64,000 nt of DNA from Methanobacteriota archaeon (GTDB lineage Archaea > Thermoplasmatota > Poseidoniia > Poseidoniales > Poseidoniaceae): the NCBI GenBank assembly GCA_949514915.1, contig CATFLP010000104.1, positions 2,480 through 66,479 on the forward strand, in the 5' to 3' direction. Below the pieces are notes generated by a model, which had not been told where the DNA came from, did not search any database, and saw nothing but the letters and a program-made list of their open reading frames with translations. Below are positions 43,501 through 51,879 of this stretch, in pieces (the first letter of the stretch is position 1; every line of letters starts with the position of its first letter). A program made the translations under genes and the position numbers.

Positions 43501-43551
43501 AATGTAGGTAAAGGCGGTAGGGAAGATCCCTCTCCTGAGATAGAAGCCTAG
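34579..43551 (+). CDS. Giant (2990 aa) surface protein: TSP3-like Ca-binding Asp repeats, transglutaminase-like cysteine-protease core, about 2000 aa of Ig-like beta-sandwich repeats, C-terminal TM and a DUF4129-like cytoplasmic tail
   Basis: N-terminal TM or signal sequence. More than 20 DxDxDG..D..E repeats (e.g. DSDGDGLPDGWE, DTDADGLSDGWEVANGLDPTD). TGase-like Cys-His-Asp core (GTCSDFVTVFVTMARLAGIPARKVSGF ... WAEFHL ... GWIPIDP at about 37480-37700). C-terminal TM (VWASLVSLVVLAGVGIMWY) and a tail (YEDLCRVLTKHGYLRRDFETVREFEMAL...FEEARYSRHE) resembling DUF4129. Confidence 0.8.
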   Translation: MISYTEIQSGRAKENEINLLIIKQRRSIFMIILLLGVTFATIQFASWQAMASSDQDGDGLITSIEYLLNTQIQNWDSDGDGLPDGWEWKYGLNPLSASVGDDGQTGDPDGDQLTNLQEYNYGLPPNWDNSNTPDVLDNGVWWNGTVPVNNWNEEDALQYNQPGCGDSGADGVGGVILCDEDPVGDICSDGFDNDHDGQIDAQDSDNDGDAVCGSNDDDGDGLIDEDPYGWDTDADGLSDGWEVANGLDPTDPTGNNGAQGDPDGDGMINIYEYINPSWDTQCNAADCFWPAPSHYAPSDVMTGTESPCNPVTGDGPNGCANLVAEVDGNTQTNPNNPDTDGDSISDGDEVTIWLTDPTEADTDGDGLTDGVEINSGYGNPAQATDPRNNNTDGDAWDDGDEDVNFNGQIDGNESDPTRREDTGDFDEDGIDNWEENLTCTDWNNADTDYGGVLDGDEVNPLHGTDPCDSLVDEVSTILSWGSATLTLSDASAFNPNGGKGWYQSTSGILTEFDYAAKVGNQLNNVNVAPSGGDIVLAKDGSWCRMDAEADGTIFTTRQYCDDDFYDTDGDGLADWQERTAFFGYFSNHTNVDSDGDGQNDYDEVMGATDPLIACENSLDADNDGVNDYFETTTGCNLVYIGVLSGGNDNYVTDPLIFDTDNGGVSDYQEYFDGTNPEDDPSDDINPQDTDGDGIPDSIENLTGTDWRNPDTDGGGMSDYAECPPQFWATLCNGSNYDPFDPTDDVTDENVVFWANTTSNLLDRDSTLYWRVNTYDNYTGGGYGIDASSHPSQLMSPNYLNTTWIADSTYSNGTISWNMAYNSPISNGLTVPMPHNWEALDIWSDPTSKLERWDRVSTVTADGSPLFELTTQAKQLWYEEADLDDSEPHIPSSLELNLPSYFSDGVSNESIVDTITQEVIADSGETSGFGMAFALAEYLRQGNETLFYQINYNGSGVDPSDDIVWHILNNSKEGTCSDFVTVFVTMARLAGIPARKVSGFMNGEQTTDGYEVSSTNAAVWAEFHLRSVSTGADLGWIPIDPCPQPLEIELVNMTYIPDTWDRDGLTNITIEGDLVYSSNGTGIDGNTVRGYLAQAPQDPEASVTTDSSLLVGTATVTNATGHFIITGVPAEAVMPGFQKIVVVNSAEEYIPPRIHEYPGHINVTDDSVLVHTSSTSIGQGATTDFSGTLNFENIPLLDVSEMANLTVQLDYTSQVSGAESVTTEVGKGGEWSFSLTLDPSEPLGPLQFTVSFLGWEDPDETYPGSPIHLRASSIIVNATVSLAPDVQGTVEGHEVNSSRLLVGNYVYVNGTANSAGANPSPMDGLLELGIRANGSGLDYLVVFNQSVNGSFSISYLLNASSINIPAGLIDVRLRFYPTTLDTTDDADLGDEYLLRSYLTFEIYATPQMRGSDANVAVTAKDHRGISTDLDLTGTFNHFFDSALVNTSVDPLSNPIPVNWATLSSMLPGDYVFETNFGGSELYEASSSQEFIRIQGYAALQVSLSSNWIHIGDVGYLTGQLIDEDKSPPGPITGNATEIILQILEQEQLKDTIIGNGTVDVNTGEFNISFMMPSGLSAGAYLFSVTPSGLIEPEYYIMPRAINVTVGLESEFKLEVADSEGDPVNGANVLNAPLSGDLEFGVFAIDIGNNSRVSDRTIHAVFDWNGSQQALPDEVTQTWNIPDGRGGFTTEAGSANFTWTIPGGTAPGTYILRIYIDDDVSDLISDIDPARWIGNETFVDVTIQVPSAVVIDWIQPEVTAGAFFSVSGHVEDGDDNTRVFNGPISLKVYFLTDEDEQLITTYVTNATGWFNISSPTDSSLDGVSSGDRIVVVEVINGSNIYYLPSSDQASIHVTGVSAFVELNHSNPIIINRGETLEVFSKLVETSATCSACAFDTPIDVRQKNKPVYFLFDETWLPGQVTNSTGEVGFSYQIPFDQPLGTVVLTLYYNGSNDVHPTTRNLPSTIIRSVTILVMDPIVENPMAGGTFNLSGTIESDNGTSLMNRNGVPLLAQVQITMDGQSIQYVDGQINANGTWYANVYVEPTTPAGTHEIRVAYNPQVPFYINSSVFDTIDIRGYAVIDFLEPGNLQNADSKDRGTSVDVVVRVFDNAGQPVPNALVNVDLLTTSETGTLITNASGLGEVTINIPQDVNPGIFTLFASWPGNVQTIGSTGIEGGNSSVNFVVLAHTELTLDSVEGSMIVGENIWVNGTLLDDVGNPLLGVDGLAAGGLVRLYIDNLPIATSISDGNTGLYSIEYELPEWMSAGSHSMRVEFSGGFLWVAPYANGDSVNPEYYWNSSYPSPDQEFDVFVPTEVVVITPQGSQVDRGSDLIINGTLVDIQNRELGGRTLQIFVGANDGTPDYFVSTNEYGIFTISLRVPDDQPLGELDITIRFDGDDFNLSSESISKWYVYATTSVSIDELSPQTLGDNITITGLIIDNLEESLDQHQLRITLDGVEIGIINSSSDGSWTFDWVIPPGTNWGEHTIGVRAPNQGYYRESYAETSLFVAHRSSLEYSLEQESVVRGESWNLSGILYDADDLSKIGLGNETLTVYLDGVLQPQSIQTESDGSWTYYLPVDMSLERGKHTILVEFAGTITHVGSSQEVEVTAWSEVNIQFTELSSEYVVRGSDEFPIEIYGEISEIGGNNYKFSNLSLSLLTEDGTLISSQLNWTVIGTQLFYISAIAPTTLSPGNLVLVVEFSGSDEEYLVSNSNNLTMLLKVDATFEMDLETIVLGEREDIYGNITVTADDTSQPLEGISVILTLGNETGNLITRTLITNEFGVAEINLENTPPYSDTTSFGTVELELTSDDSRISNKSLVTLQAKVPNSLIYQSVEVESGPSGFVWASLVSLVVLAGVGIMWYRKRKQDVLDEIASIFSYTAELLAHGDEIRESVFHCYEDLCRVLTKHGYLRRDFETVREFEMALRSALPIRENFLIELDNVFEEARYSRHEMNTQDALRAQSALEGVQSELVRMNVGKGGREDPSPEIEA

Positions 43552-44021
43552 AATGTAATATTCAATTGTTCAGCATTCCAATTTGCTACAGGTTCATTTG
43601 CAACCTTAGGTAATAGGAATGTACGTTGTATTACTTCATCATCTGTTTTTGAATGATTAATTGAAAGTTTAATGGCCCAATTTGATTCAATATTTGTATA
43701 CTCTATGTTGATTTGATTTTGGTTAATTCCTTTGAATGGAAGTGAAAGTGAATTACTGCTCACAAAACCATTAAACTCATTTACAAATGATTCGAGAGAG
43801 ATTATTTTTTGACTTTGATTCGTATGTTCTGGTATTTTTCCTGAAATTTCAGAAATATGGTTTTGATTGGCAATAGCTTCTGTAAGGTGTTGTGCTTGTT
43901 CAAAAAAAGCAACATGTAAATCTTCAGGAGATGTAGATAGACTATTGATGTTAGGCTTCAAATCTTTAGTTTCTTCAGATTTCTGAGAACTAATGTCTAG
44001 TGGCTTCCATTCAGTCCCCAT
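43548..44021 (-). CDS. Hypothetical protein, possibly Hsp20/alpha-crystallin-like
   Basis: C-terminal RTFLLPKVANEPVANWNAEQLNITF resembles the ACD beta-strand pattern (R.f.LP..v....A...nGvL.I); the N-terminus is Q/N/S-rich. Weak call. Confidence 0.3.
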   Translation of the reverse strand: MGTEWKPLDISSQKSEETKDLKPNINSLSTSPEDLHVAFFEQAQHLTEAIANQNHISEISGKIPEHTNQSQKIISLESFVNEFNGFVSSNSLSLPFKGINQNQINIEYTNIESNWAIKLSINHSKTDDEVIQRTFLLPKVANEPVANWNAEQLNITF

Positions 44022-44046
44022 ACTTTATCCTCCAGATGGTGTCATT

Positions 44047-46026
44047 TCAACTTCTCGATTGTTTTTTAGAAAAGAACCTTGCAAGATACCTTCTAGTCAT
44101 TTGACTATCACTACATGTTAATGGACTAAAATTTGAGGGATGACACCCCCGATATGTATGGTCAAGATGTCTACTATCTAATAATACGATAAATGCTCTA
44201 TCATCACTAGACCTTATTGGCCTCCCCATTGCTTGTATTACTGAATTTACAGCGGGTTGGATTGAACCATATAACCATCCTTTATTTCTTCCAAATTTTG
44301 TTTCTAAAAATTCTCTTAATGCATCTGAAAAAACACTTGGGGGTGCAACAGGTATGCCAATACATATTACGGCTTCAAGAATATTATTTTTGTAATCTAT
44401 TCCTTCTGATAGTTTGCCACCAAAAACTCCTGCAAGAATTACTTTTTGCCCACTTTTCTTATATTTCTCTAAGTCGGGTATGATTTGATCTACTTCTGAT
44501 TTCTTCCATTCTGAAGTTTCTTTAATCACAATTCTATTTGGCCAGCCCTCAGTGTCAATAAATTCGTCTAATTGCCTATAGCTTGGTGCAAAAACAGCTA
44601 TGTGTCCTGGAGTTTCCTTTGCTACAGCATAAATATGTTCACAGATTTTACGTGTGTTTTCTGGCCCTCTTTGTTTAAATCTAGTTGTTACGTCAGTAGC
44701 AATTGAAATTGGTTTGTTGTGGCTTTCAAATGGTGATGTGTATTCCTTGCAAGTTACTTCTCTAAGAGATGATAGTCCTAATATGTCTGAATACATTTTT
44801 GGAGGATAGAGTGTGCCTGACATTAGTATTGATCCTGCAGATTTTGAGAATATTGGTTTTGAAATTTCACTTGGGTCTAAAAGATGTGATGATAATCTTC
44901 CACTATGTTCATTATTGAATACAAGAACTAATCCTTTTTTATTTTGAAATCTAATTATTGTTTCAAATAATGCTGAAATTCTCCAACAGTTTAGTTCTTT
45001 TTCATTTGAATCCTCTTTTTCTACTGTGACATTTTTTAGCATACTAGATAATCTTGAAAGTGCTGTTTCAGGGGAATCATCCCATTCATTTGAAATCAAG
45101 CAATCTAGTGTAATTTTTAGAAATTCAGATGTATTTATTCTTATTTCATTTTTGCCAGGATCTACTTTACTTCTCCATTCATTAAATTTATTATTCATGA
45201 CCTTTTCAAATTTTTTAAATGTATTTATGCCCCATTTCCAAGAATCATGAGCATTTTCACCACCCATTTCATCAATAAACTCTTCAAGTTCAAATCTTGC
45301 GAATTGAAGAATTCTTGTAGTCAATCTTCTTTCAAGACCTGTTCTTATTCTACTAGGGAGGTTATGTGCCTCATCAACGATTATTATTGAGTCTTCAAGA
45401 TTAGCACCTAATGCTGGAAGTGAACTTTCCCTTACTGCATCTATGAATAGGTGATTGTAGTCACAAACTATGATGTCTGCACTTTTTGCAGCATTTCGTA
45501 AAACTTTCCATGGGCAAAGAACTCTATTTCTCGCCTTTTTTATAACTTCATCAACATGTAAGGGATGTTCAAGGATTATTTCTGTTAAATCATCATATCC
45601 CATTTTTTTAAGATTACCAGGTAATCCAGATTCACAATTACATTTCCCTGTAAATGAATCTAATTCCAAGCACATTGAATGTCTGCCAATGAGGTCAACA
45701 CAACTGATGTTTTGAAAATCTAGAGAATTATTTATTGTCCTAAGTGTTTCAATTACAATTTTATGTTGTGATTGCCTGCCAGTCAAGAAGAAAATTTTTT
45801 TGTTAGGTGAATTTGAAATTATTTCTAATGAAGCGGCTAATGCTGCTGCAGTTTTCCCAATTCCAGTCGGTGCTGCTGCTAGATGGTGGCCTCCATTTTT
45901 TAATGCATTAATAGAATCTCTAAGCATTTCTTTTTGCCCATCTCTAAGTTTTTGATGGGCAAAGAATGCAGTTAGTTCTACGCTATTATCTTCTACCACA
46001 AATGAACGGCAATGTCGATTGACCAA
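44047..46026 (-). CDS. xpd: XPD/Rad3-family 5'-3' DNA helicase with FeS domain
   Basis: Walker A AAPTGIGKT, DEAH box (VDEAHNLP), a four-Cys cluster between motifs I and II, and a helicase C_2 region. Confidence 0.8.
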   Translation of the reverse strand: MVNRHCRSFVVEDNSVELTAFFAHQKLRDGQKEMLRDSINALKNGGHHLAAAPTGIGKTAAALAASLEIISNSPNKKIFFLTGRQSQHKIVIETLRTINNSLDFQNISCVDLIGRHSMCLELDSFTGKCNCESGLPGNLKKMGYDDLTEIILEHPLHVDEVIKKARNRVLCPWKVLRNAAKSADIIVCDYNHLFIDAVRESSLPALGANLEDSIIIVDEAHNLPSRIRTGLERRLTTRILQFARFELEEFIDEMGGENAHDSWKWGINTFKKFEKVMNNKFNEWRSKVDPGKNEIRINTSEFLKITLDCLISNEWDDSPETALSRLSSMLKNVTVEKEDSNEKELNCWRISALFETIIRFQNKKGLVLVFNNEHSGRLSSHLLDPSEISKPIFSKSAGSILMSGTLYPPKMYSDILGLSSLREVTCKEYTSPFESHNKPISIATDVTTRFKQRGPENTRKICEHIYAVAKETPGHIAVFAPSYRQLDEFIDTEGWPNRIVIKETSEWKKSEVDQIIPDLEKYKKSGQKVILAGVFGGKLSEGIDYKNNILEAVICIGIPVAPPSVFSDALREFLETKFGRNKGWLYGSIQPAVNSVIQAMGRPIRSSDDRAFIVLLDSRHLDHTYRGCHPSNFSPLTCSDSQMTRRYLARFFSKKQSRS

Positions 46027-46065
46027 AAGGTTTCTTAATATTAGGTCAAAAATATTGTTCTTTTA

Positions 46066-46260
46066 CTAGCATGCTGGTGGTGGACCACCGCTAGGTCCAC
46101 CTCCGCTGGGGGGAGCGGAGGTGGTTGCCGGGGTTGAATCTGAATTTTCTCTTGCGTTTTTTGAACGGGTTAGCAGCCAAGAGAAATTAATACCGCTAGG
46201 GCGAGAAGAAGGAGGGGCTTCATGCCCCCCCGACTCTCTTTCGTGCATCCCATCTCCCAT
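46066..46260 (-). CDS. Small Gly/Pro/Ser-rich hypothetical protein (64 aa); coding status uncertain
   Basis: ATG start 15 nt downstream of the RHH gene stop. The C-terminal half is PPSGGGPSGGPPPAC and is encoded by an unusually GC-rich, palindromic stretch. Confidence 0.25.
   Translation of the reverse strand: MGDGMHERESGGHEAPPSSRPSGINFSWLLTRSKNARENSDSTPATTSAPPSGGGPSGGPPPAC
46097..46124. other. Perfect 11-bp GC-rich hairpin (CCACCTCCGCT-GGGGGG-AGCGGAGGTGG), flanked by further nested palindromes at 46070-46100
   Basis: Read directly from the sequence. It is a local GC spike in an AT-rich genome, between the RHH gene and the XPD start. Confidence 0.35.
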
Positions 46261-46275
46261 TTGGCTTCCTCCTGT

Positions 46276-46650
46276 TCAAATTTTGTATGAACGGTGTTTA
46301 CTGATGTCATCAACAGCATCTTGTGCTCTCTCTTCCAGTTTTGCCGTAAGATCATCTATCTGTTCTACAGATTTATTTAGATAATCGTGGAGTGCTATTT
46401 TTATTATTGAATTAGGGTCATTACCTGTGATTTGATAAAGTAATCTAAGTTGCTTTCTTACTCCTGCACCTAATACAAGACTAACTCTTTCTTGACCTGG
46501 TAATTCTGGAGAATCTGTAAGATATGAACCTAAAGCTTTACGAAGTAAATCGCTTCTATTTCTAATTCCTTCAAGTCCAATTCTTTGATCTATTGATGCT
46601 AATTCATCATCAGATAATCTTAGGCTGATTAGGTTGCTATTGCCGCTCAT
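46276..46650 (-). CDS. Ribbon-helix-helix (CopG/Arc/MetJ-like) DNA-binding protein with C-terminal extension
   Basis: The N-terminal ISLRLSDDELASIDQR beta-strand-helix pattern is typical of RHH repressors. Confidence 0.5.
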   Translation of the reverse strand: MSGNSNLISLRLSDDELASIDQRIGLEGIRNRSDLLRKALGSYLTDSPELPGQERVSLVLGAGVRKQLRLLYQITGNDPNSIIKIALHDYLNKSVEQIDDLTAKLEERAQDAVDDISKHRSYKI

Positions 46651-46919
46651 ATCGTACTCCTCTAATCTGTGGAGTATAGAGGCAGTATATATACTTTGTA
46701 TTACGTTACGTATTACTTTTGAAATACAAAATAGATAAAAACACGTTTTTTTTAATAATTTATTAAATAATTAACAATAATATGCTTTTTTGTAATACGA
46801 GTAATATTTGTGTAAATGTAATGTTCAAATGTATTGGATATTTATTATTAGTATTGAAAATCACATTTTTCATTAATTCCTATCGCGTGAATAATAAGTA
46901 TGGTCAGTGACGCATATCT

Positions 46920-47360
46920 ATGGTGTTTAATCCAAAGCGTTCAAGATATCTGTATTACATAACTGTAGAAACTGCACTAGATGATGGTATTATTACTGGT
47001 GATGAATCTCAAATATTATCTATACTTGCAAAATCATTAGATATTGATGAAATCACTCAAAATGAAATCTTAGGAATCTTGAGAGAGGGCAAAGATTCTC
47101 CCGAATTTGATTACGAGGTAGTCGAGGAACCAGGAATTGGTGAAGCATCAGCATATCAATCAGCATTAATTGGAGCACTAGATGATGATGTAATAACAGA
47201 TGATGAATGGGCATTATTAGATATCTTAAGAGAATTAATGTCTATTCAACCAAATCAACATTCAATGATTGAAGAGTCAGTAAGATCAAGGTTGATGGGT
47301 TTAGGGGAAAGTGAAAATTTACTTGAAAAATTAGATAGATTTTTATCACGTGGCATTTAA
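46920..47360 (+). CDS. Acidic protein with an internal duplicated TerB-like motif
   Basis: Two repeats: ALDDGIITGDESQILSILAKSLDI and ALDDDVITDDEWALLDILRELMSI. Confidence 0.4.
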   Translation: MVFNPKRSRYLYYITVETALDDGIITGDESQILSILAKSLDIDEITQNEILGILREGKDSPEFDYEVVEEPGIGEASAYQSALIGALDDDVITDDEWALLDILRELMSIQPNQHSMIEESVRSRLMGLGESENLLEKLDRFLSRGI

Positions 47361-47421
47361 TCGAAATAATGGGTTTTTGTGTGACAAACATTACAAGCAT
47401 AATTTGGCTGGAGTCCTTTAA

Positions 47422-48786
<1,365 letters not shown>

Positions 48787-48805
48787 AGTATCTAAGAGTT
48801 AGAAG

Positions 48806-49324
48806 TTATGAAAACCAAGGGTGTTTTCCAAAGTGATTTCTTGGTACACTTTCTCCAGTCTTTGAATAATGCTTGAATCCAGATAATACTGATTTTAGGT
48901 AGTTTCTTAAACGAGGTTTAACCCACAAAATGTGTGGGATATAAGCCAATATTTTGGGGAGTTTTGCCAGTATGAAAGGATAAACTGCGATTGTTAATTT
49001 TGAACCATCAACTTGCTTCTCAATTTCCCAAATTACGAAAGACTGAGCTCCATTTTCCTTGCCGATTAGCAAAGTGTAACCTTTCCCTTCTTCCCAAGTC
49101 TGAAAATTTCTGATATATTTTCTTCCGTTAAGATATACCAATTTGTCACTATGATTTTCTTCATCCCAAGAAATAATTTCATTAGTCTTGCAAAATGGAT
49201 GAGATGAATTTAGATTTCCAGGTTCACTGATTAATTCCCACATTTTTTCGATACTTAATTGATAATCCATCGAATAAGAAACACTGTATCTTTTTTTATA
49301 ATTACTAATTTCCAAGTAAAACAA
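48806..49324 (-). CDS. SRPBCC (Bet v1/START-like) superfamily protein, putative
   Basis: Size and secondary-structure pattern fit a helix-grip fold; weak call. Confidence 0.35.
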   Translation of the reverse strand: MFYLEISNYKKRYSVSYSMDYQLSIEKMWELISEPGNLNSSHPFCKTNEIISWDEENHSDKLVYLNGRKYIRNFQTWEEGKGYTLLIGKENGAQSFVIWEIEKQVDGSKLTIAVYPFILAKLPKILAYIPHILWVKPRLRNYLKSVLSGFKHYSKTGESVPRNHFGKHPWFS

Positions 49325-49335
49325 CTCCGTTTAAC

Positions 49336-49575
49336 TCAGATTGCTGTAGGAGCAACGTGATCTCCAGATTTGTCTTCAGAGGAATTAATTCTATTCCATA
49401 CACTACTCATTAGATAATCATGACATTTTTTGCAGTACCTAAATTGTCTATATGCTTCTCTAAATGAATATGCTTTTTTTCCTGTAGCTACAAGATAACC
49501 CTCAGGAGATAGCCTACTAACAACTTCACCATTATCATCGCATCCAATAACATCGCAACAAGGTTCTCCGGACAC
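49336..49575 (-). CDS. Small Cys-rich (putative zinc-binding) hypothetical protein
   Basis: CCDVIGCDD ... CKKCHD Cys pairs; 79 aa. Confidence 0.3.
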   Translation of the reverse strand: MSGEPCCDVIGCDDNGEVVSRLSPEGYLVATGKKAYSFREAYRQFRYCKKCHDYLMSSVWNRINSSEDKSGDHVAPTAI

Positions 49576-49613
49576 ACTACGATGAAAACGGGGTACGATA
49601 AGAAACCTTGTAT

Positions 49614-49919
49614 CTATTCCTCATCATCTTCTGCTTTAATGACAATTAATGGGATATTTGCATCTACAGAAACTCCTGGAGAACAATTTATTTCGCTTAC
49701 AATTCCAGAAATTGGTGCATTAATTTCATTTTGCATTTTCATTGCTTCAAGTATCATACATACCTGTCCTTCTTCAACCTTTGAACCTAATTCTACTTCT
49801 ATAGTGACAACTTTGCCAGGAATTGATGAAGATATCGTACCACTTTTTTTACCACTTTTAGCAGATCTTTTCCTTGGAGCATTACTTACTTGCCCTTCTG
49901 GTAATTTAATTTTATACAA
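49614..49919 (-). CDS. Biotin carboxyl carrier protein / biotinyl domain subunit
   Basis: Biotinyl-lysine motif EAMKMQNEI within a lipoyl/biotinyl hybrid barrel. The start is a TTG; the overlapping plus-strand ORF 49582-49944 is rejected. Confidence 0.8.
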   Translation of the reverse strand: MYKIKLPEGQVSNAPRKRSAKSGKKSGTISSSIPGKVVTIEVELGSKVEEGQVCMILEAMKMQNEINAPISGIVSEINCSPGVSVDANIPLIVIKAEDDEE

Positions 49920-50019
49920 ATTTCCATTTACAGTTACATTATAATAATCAGATTCAGATTCTATATGTACATTAAATAATTCTCCGTCTACTTCGATTTC
50001 ATATTCGTCGCTAATGAAA

Positions 50020-50199
50020 TCACCTCCAAGTTGTTCGAGAATTTTTCGTTTCTCTAACGCCTCTTAATCCCATGACTTTTCTTCTATGTTCAAAAGCCCA
50101 TTCATTTTTGTTTTGTCTTCCTTGATAGAATTTGTTATCATCTTTTTTGATATGTAATAATAATGCAGTGATTGCAGCAACTTTTTCCTTTTTTATCAT
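50020..50199 (-). CDS. Unannotated small basic ORF (59 aa) between pccB and the BCCP gene; possible small carboxylase subunit
   Basis: ATG 10 nt after the pccB stop on the same strand; translated by hand as MIKKEKVAAITALLLHIKKDDNKFYQGRQNKNEWAFEHRRKVMGLRGVRETKNSRTTWR. It fills an otherwise empty 289-nt gap inside an operon. Confidence 0.3.
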   Translation of the reverse strand: MIKKEKVAAITALLLHIKKDDNKFYQGRQNKNEWAFEHRRKVMGLRGVRETKNSRTTWR

Positions 50200-50208
50200 A
50201 ATAACAAC

Positions 50209-51795
50209 TCATAAGGGTATATTTCCATGCTTTCTTTCAGGTCTATTCTCTTGTTTATCCATAAGCATGTTTAGTGCAAGGCACAATTTTTTCCTTGTTT
50301 CATTAGGATTGATTACATCATCAATATATCCTAAAGCAGCAGCACGATATGGATTTGCAAATGTATCTCTATAATCATCAACCAATCTTGCTCTTTCTTC
50401 TTCTGAATTTCTTGCTGAATTAATACGTTTTTTGTGAATTATTTGAACCGCACCGTCTGCACCCATTACTGCAAGCTCAGCACTAGGCCATGCAATATTG
50501 TAATCTCCTCTGATATGCTTTGAACACATCACATCATATGCTCCTCCGTATGCTTTTCTTAGAATTACTGTGAGTTTAGGTACTGTAGCCTCTGAAAATG
50601 CAAATAATAATTTTGCACCATGTCTGATAATTCCACCCCATTCTTGAGATGCTCCAGGGAGGAACCCTGGTACATCTTCTAAAGTAAGTAGTGGTACATT
50701 AAAAGCATCACAAAACCTTACGAATCTCGCTGCTTTGTTTGATGCATCAATATCTAAACAACCTGCTAAAAACATTGGTTGATTTGCTATAACCCCTACT
50801 AAGTTCCCATTTAAATGAGAGTAACCAATTACTATGTTCGGTGCCCATTCTGATTGGACTTCTAGGAATGCACCATCATCTACTATTGATGAAATGACAT
50901 CTTTAACATCATATGGTTGACTTGGATCAGAGGGTACAATATTGATTAAATCATCACAAAGCCGGTTAGGGTCATCTTTTGATTTTTTGGATGGAGGTTT
51001 CTGAAGATTATTTGCAGGTAATATTGAAATTAATTCTCTGGCAATGTTTATTGCATCTTCATCATTCTCAGCAATGAAATGAGAAACTCCAGATTTACTA
51101 CTGTGTGTTGATGCACCACCAAGATCTTCAAAACTAACAATTTCATTTGTTACTGTTTTGATAACTTCAGGCCCAGTAATGAACATGTGTGAGGATTTGT
51201 CAACCATTACTACAAAGTCAGTAATTGCAGGAGAATATACAGCACCTCCTGCACACGGACCCATGATTAAACTAATTTGGGGGATGACTCCACTTGCTCT
51301 CACATTCCTAAAGAAAATTTCAGCATAACTTCCAAGACTTGCCACTCCTTCTTGTATTCTAGCTCCTCCACTATCATTTAATCCAATTACAGGAACTCCT
51401 GTTTTTAGTGCCATGTCTAATACTTTACAAATTTTCAATCCATGCATTTCTCCAAGAGATCCACCATAAACAGTAAAATCTTGTGCAAAACAGTAAATTG
51501 GTTTCCCTCCAATTTTACCATGGCCAGTAACAACCCCATCTCCAGGAATAATATTTTTATCCATGTCAAAATCTCTACATCGATGTTCTACTAATGAATC
51601 AATTTCATGGAATGTGCCTTCATCTACTAATAATTCCAGTCTTTCTCTAGCAGTTAATTTCCCTCTTTTATGCTGTGCTTCAACTCTAGCAGCTCCTCCA
51701 CCAGCCTCAGCTCTTGCTTTGCGAGCACGCAAATCGGATAGTTTCTCATCGTTAGGTGGCATGCTTTCATACCCCACAGTCAGCATACGCCTCAT
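50209..51795 (-). CDS. pccB: Propionyl-CoA / methylmalonyl-CoA carboxyltransferase (acyl-CoA carboxylase beta subunit)
   Basis: Duplicated crotonase-like CoA carboxyltransferase N and C domains; conserved motifs of the PccB/MmdA family. Confidence 0.88.
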   Translation of the reverse strand: MRRMLTVGYESMPPNDEKLSDLRARKARAEAGGGAARVEAQHKRGKLTARERLELLVDEGTFHEIDSLVEHRCRDFDMDKNIIPGDGVVTGHGKIGGKPIYCFAQDFTVYGGSLGEMHGLKICKVLDMALKTGVPVIGLNDSGGARIQEGVASLGSYAEIFFRNVRASGVIPQISLIMGPCAGGAVYSPAITDFVVMVDKSSHMFITGPEVIKTVTNEIVSFEDLGGASTHSSKSGVSHFIAENDEDAINIARELISILPANNLQKPPSKKSKDDPNRLCDDLINIVPSDPSQPYDVKDVISSIVDDGAFLEVQSEWAPNIVIGYSHLNGNLVGVIANQPMFLAGCLDIDASNKAARFVRFCDAFNVPLLTLEDVPGFLPGASQEWGGIIRHGAKLLFAFSEATVPKLTVILRKAYGGAYDVMCSKHIRGDYNIAWPSAELAVMGADGAVQIIHKKRINSARNSEEERARLVDDYRDTFANPYRAAALGYIDDVINPNETRKKLCLALNMLMDKQENRPERKHGNIPL

Positions 51796-51879
51796 ATTGA
51801 TTTTGTATGATAGTTATAAATTAATGCAAATAGGGGATATTCAAAGAAACTATTTGAAAGACCTTTACTTAGGCACAAC

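Noticed and set aside
31297-43551. Classical tRNA-integrated genomic island or prophage
   Set aside because: There is no integrase or recombinase gene, and I saw no direct repeat of the tRNA 3' end. The tRNA 3' end faces away from the giant genes, so the locus is better described as a variable surface-protein region than an integrative element.
49582-49944. 120-aa plus-strand ORF overlapping the BCCP gene
   Set aside because: The minus-strand frame carries the unmistakable biotinyl-lysine EAMKM motif; the plus-strand product has no features.
50132-50374. 80-aa plus-strand ORF at the pccB 3' end
   Set aside because: It is antisense to the conserved pccB C-terminus and to the newly noted small minus-strand ORF.
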